A stretch of 64,000 nt of DNA, from assembly GCF_009914755.1 (NCBI RefSeq), contig NC_060927.1. The stretch is one strand, 5' to 3'. Position 1 is the first letter of the stretch. Every line of letters begins with the position of its first letter. Made by a program: the position numbers and the translations under genes. The stretch is from the human T2T-CHM13v2.0 reference genome, Homo sapiens. Under the pieces are notes generated by a model. The model ran no database searches and was not told the origin of the DNA. It was given only the letters and a program-made list of their open reading frames with translations. Positions 61,020 to 64,000 of the stretch are shown here, piece after piece.

Positions 61020-61250
61020 ATACCCTGAGCACTTATTATGTGCCTGGCACAGTGCTAGGCATTTTAGATAATGATCTCATTTACTCCTCCTCACCACAAC
61101 TCTAGGAGATTAGTACAATTATCCCAATCATGGATGAGGAAACTGGGACTCAGAGAAGTTAGAGTTAAGTAACTTGACTAAATTCTTGCAGCAAATAAGT
61201 GATCGTGCCAGGATTCAAAGTCAGATCTGTCTGGAGCTCTTGCCCTTACA
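61020..61250 (-). mobile_element. MIR SINE
   Basis: GAGCACTTATTATGTGCCTGGCAC...GATGAGGAAACTGGGACTCAGAGAAG...GGATTCAAA. Confidence 0.85.
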
Positions 61251-61295
61251 TATTTTACAATATAATTTCAGATGAAATTTAATGACGTCTCTTAC

Positions 61296-61383
61296 CTCTG
61301 ACCTAACTGAGCATAATTGCGCTCCAAATGTACTATTCCAGTGCAGCAATCCTGTCTGTAGCAATAGGGACCAGTCACACAGC
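61296..61383 (-). other. Candidate 88-nt cassette exon (host-gene sense)
   Basis: Acceptor ccccctatctttttgtattcag|GCTGTG and donor GTCAGAG|gtaaga on the minus strand; inferred from splice motifs only. Confidence 0.35.
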
Positions 61384-61751
61384 CTGAATACAAAAAGATA
61401 GGGGGCTCACTAACAAGGTTGCCTATTCTGGTCACTGCACTGCCATATTAAGCCCGGATTTATCTCCTGCAATTCCTACCTATTGGATCTAACTTTGCTC
61501 TATAGTCATTGAGAACAATTAAAATCCCTTCCCCCCATACCTATCATATTTCTCTTATGGTTTCTTTCTTCTTTTTTTTTTTTTTTTTTTTTTTTTTAGT
61601 ATCCAGTGCCTCCAACCTTTTTAAAATATAATGGGTTTATCCGCTATTTACATATATTTTATTCTTTCTTGAAACTGGTTCTTCTGGAGCACAGAGAACT
61701 TATAAATGCTATTTCTAAGCGTTTATGCAACTAAAAATTATTGGAACAATA

Positions 61752-62112
61752 CACAGTATAGTGGATAAGGGCACAAGCTCAGAAACCCAGACTGCCTGGG
61801 TTCAAATCCAGGCTTTACCAATTAATGGCTCGATTTCCTTGGTGAATATATTTAAAGTCTCTGTGCTTCAGTTTCCTCCTTCAACTATGAAATGAGGACA
61901 ACAGTACCTAGTTAATGTGGCTCTTGTGAAGATTTAAAAGAGGGGCAATATTAAGCAAAAGGCAATATAAGGAAAATTACTCTACAGTGTCTAACTCTTC
62001 ACGTCAGGCAACATTCATACAGCAATATTCATATAGCGCTTACAGCCTGCTAGGCAGCAATTAGGGTACTGCCTAGGTTGTAAGCTTTATATAAATGTTT
62101 GTCATTATTATT
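61752..62112 (+). mobile_element. MIR SINE carrying an internal insertion
   Basis: CTGGGTTCAAATCCAGGCTTTACCA...CTCTGTGCTTCAGTTTCCTC...TTGTGAAGATTTAAA [insert] AGCGCTTA...TAAATGTT. Confidence 0.85.
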
Positions 62113-64000
62113 GATGGTATAGGAGTGAATGAATACTTAACTGCCTTGGAAAAATATGACCTATATCATTGTATGAGATTGATTTTATTATCCAGATATA
62201 AAGAAGTCAAGCTCAACTAGAAAAGGCACTTGACTGGAGACCAGAGATGTGCTTCTAGTCCCAACTCTTTCAAACACTCCAACTGAAAGATCTTGGACTT
62301 TATCTACCTCATCTTTTTAAACAGAGGAATGGGACTGTACCTCTGCCTCTAAAATGATATGTTTTTATTCTAGGATTCTAGGATCCTATTCCACCTGGAC
62401 CCTGCTTAAATTTCATTACTCATTATGTTTGAAAACTACCATTACATACTAACATTTTATCTGCATGTTTATATCTGTTGACATTTCAATCAGCTTATCT
62501 GCATTGTTTTCACGAAACAGAATAAGCCTCTGAGAGTCTATAGACAGGTCTGAAAAAACAAAAGGTGTTGTGATAGCACAGAGAGGAATTTAATGTCACT
62601 TTGGAGGAAATAACCTAAAGTCCTACTCTGCCAAGCCAGTAAAATCCTGTCCTCTGCCTGCAACACCTGGCCCAGTCCATGCTATCTTGCTGAATTTCAG
62701 TGCAGCTCTTTGGATAAACTCAAATTCAGGTTTGGATGGAATACCAGGTTGATACAACAGTCATTTTTTTTCAACAGAAGTGCAGGTTGGACTACCTTTT
62801 ACCTACCAAAATCACCTCATTCTTTGATATATAGAACATTTAGCTAATTTTATTATGACTTAGTATGCCAGTACTCCTCATATACTTTATTGTCCATCCC
62901 CAGATCTAGTGAAGGCATGGTGACTGGTATCAGTATCAAGGCAATTGTCTTCAAAGAATGTGGCAATCTATTCTAACAAAGTAAATTCCACAAGGGAACA
63001 AGGGGACAGCCACTCTAAATTCACTAATGACAAAAACTTTGATATTTTGTAATTAAGCACAATGCATTATTCTATAAATAAAAATGATGTCCTTGTAAAT
63101 CTAAAAGCTATGAAACGTTATATTTTCTATTTCTAAAATTCTCTAGGCTCAAAGTCAATATGTAAGTCTAATTTTTTTAAATGCACAAAAAGCTATGATA
63201 TTTCAAATCTTAGATACTAAATTTGTGAATTGAGTGAACCTGGCTTCTCCCGCTTAGACGTGAACATTCCTGTTAGTACATAAATATTAACGAATATTTT
63301 AGGCCAAAATTTTGTGTTTGGTGATTGACTTATGGAATCAGTCTAAGTAGGTGTGAAGGTGACTAGACTTATTTTGGAACATGTACAATTTCATAACAGT
63401 AACACGGCCGTTAAATAATTCTCTTTAAATGATATTTAACTCTCATTTTAACTGTTAGCCCTTGCATTATGAAGCAGCTTGATGCTGAAGTAAAGCTAAG
63501 ATTTCAGTAAAAAGAATAAGAGCTTTATATTCTAGAAGGTAGAAATCCTAGAAAAATCAAAGAAATTAAAATTTTGGAAGTTTTTGATTCATTTCTTATA
63601 TTTTAAATAGGATTCTAAAATAACATATCTCTTCTATACATAAGAAAATAGTCTGGTTCACATATTTTGATTTATTGAAAAGTTATTACAGTACAACTCA
63701 GGTTGCCGAATACTAACATTGCTATACCAGCGTTGTTTTGGTAAATGTTTGCATTATAACTCTGGTTGTATTACAGCAAAACACTCAGAAGAAAGAGAGT
63801 AACTTTTACACATATTACATAGCATCTGTACAGTCATCCCTTAAAATGCAACAATACAACTGCAACACTTTAAATACTTTAAAATACAAATGCCTTTGAA
63901 GAACATAACTTATATACTATTTATTAATAGGATTAAATCAACATTTTTATGGCTCTCTAAGCTTATCCCAGAAACTCTTCCATTATTTCAGTGAGTAACA

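Overview
AT-rich primate (human-like) genomic DNA with no protein-coding gene. The ORFs in the track map to Alu, L1, LTR or microsatellite sequence or look like chance frames. The one L1 ORF2 C-terminal remnant (8161-8532) is dead. Near the centre is a 74-nt non-coding exon on the minus strand (31589-31662) with canonical splice sites, no ATG and stops in all three frames. From memory, unverified, it matches a 5'-UTR exon of ZBTB20, so the window is probably long ZBTB20 intron on both sides of one leader exon. Much of the window is retroelements: about 9 Alus, nested L1s, MLT1/THE1 LTRs, a solo LTR12C oriented with the host gene, MIR/L2 and small DNA-transposon relics. I found no convincing new biological system. 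The best second-look items are: a complex templated-insertion and fold-back scar at about 38.7-39.0 kb; the LTR12C as a possible cryptic promoter or terminator; a candidate 88-nt cassette exon carrying a tiny uORF; a 58-bp locally templated insertion inside a MIR; and a probable L1 3' transduction. Repeat subfamily names come from recalled consensus motifs, and boundaries of old repeats are approximate.
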